A stretch of DNA of 64,000 bases from Candidatus Komeilibacteria bacterium (GTDB lineage: Bacteria > Patescibacteriota > Patescibacteriia > UBA1558 > 2-01-FULL-52-15). The first letter of the stretch is position 1, and every line of letters begins with the position of its first letter. The stretch spans positions 9,608 through 73,607 of the forward strand of contig JAZDLR010000013.1 of the NCBI GenBank assembly GCA_043801745.1, read 5' to 3'. A model generated the notes under the pieces. The model worked only from the letters and a program-made list of their open reading frames with translations. It was not told where the DNA came from and did no database searches. Shown piece by piece: positions 63,639-64,000 of this stretch. The position numbers and the translations under genes are program-made.

Positions 63639-64000
63639 CTATCTGTACAGCGTCTTGATGGCGCCCCAGGTTGTCGGTTGAACCGAAGTCGGAGTAGAAC
63701 ACCCGGGCTCAGGTGCGAACCCCATTGGACCATAGACATGGGTCAATGCGGGTGACACATCCCGGAGACGGTAGTCGCCGTTTGCCGGATCACAGAACAT
63801 GGGATCAGTGGAGATGTTGTAGCCCACAGTAGGAGCACCTGGAAAATCAGAACAGGCAGCATCCAGAGTCTCGCTAGTGAGTTGAATGTCGGGCCCGCCC
63901 AGGTTACCCCAGACTATGGAATGGTCAAGGGCAAGGCTAGACCATTTAGCTACAATTCCGGAACCCCCAGGCGAGGGATTGAACAAATTACCTGCCACAG
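63639..64000 (-). CDS. C-terminal part of a GC-rich right-handed beta-helix-like protein (island 6, continues beyond the window)
   Basis: High GC. PMFCDPANGDYRLRDVSPA resembles the C-terminal repeat of parallel beta-helix proteins. Confidence 0.45.
   Translation of the reverse strand, partial: VAGNLFNPSPGGSGIVAKWSSLALDHSIVWGNLGGPDIQLTSETLDAACSDFPGAPTVGYNISTDPMFCDPANGDYRLRDVSPALTHVYGPMGFAPEPGCSTPTSVQPTTWGAIKTLYR

Noticed and set aside
1-64000. CRISPR arrays and rRNA genes
   Set aside because: No regularly spaced direct repeats. No rRNA-like conserved stretches anywhere in the window.

Overview
This low-GC (~42-48%) window looks like a reduced-genome, Gram-positive-like bacterium. The best fit is a CPR/Patescibacteria organism, possibly Saccharibacteria-like. 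Supporting traits are many SD-less or leaderless genes, sortases with LPxTG substrates, a type IV pilus system, a 472-aa AspRS lacking the GAD insert, and HrcA/CIRCE and LexA regulators. The lineage call is an inference from gene content, not from any search. Housekeeping content: asnS and aspS, scpA-scpB-rluB, a DacA-like carboxypeptidase, tpiA and a class II fba, tRNA-Tyr/Thr/Trp, rpmG, tRNA-Thr(GGT), an aquaporin, a lexA-dinB SOS pair, a sortase with giant Cys-rich LPxTG surface proteins, a 10-gene type IV pilus cluster (pilB, pilC, a PilM fusion, five pilin-like genes, two tandem major pilins), the hrcA-grpE-dnaK-dnaJ operon with a CIRCE element, dus, corA, a TraD/HerA-like ATPase, dnaX and tRNA-Gln. 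No rRNA genes and no CRISPR array are present. Several features go beyond this backbone. (1) Two diverged copies of a ~400-nt intergenic element show compensatory base changes in at least four helices, which points to a structured RNA of an unrecognised family. (2) Six GC-rich (55-62%) single-gene islands carry strong canonical SD sequences in a shared ...CAC(N)GGAGG context and their own intrinsic terminators. They look horizontally acquired; one is wedged between rpmG and tRNA-Trp. (3) A standalone OLD-family ATPase+TOPRIM defence gene lies beside element copy 1. (4) A SAM-I riboswitch sits in front of a 58-aa basic ORF. (5) Several GC-rich palindromic repeat families occur, two of them flanked by target-site duplications. 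(6) A tRNA-Thr duplicate is disrupted by a 53-nt insertion carrying one of those palindromes. All calls rest on manual reading of the sequence and the ORF track. No database search was possible.
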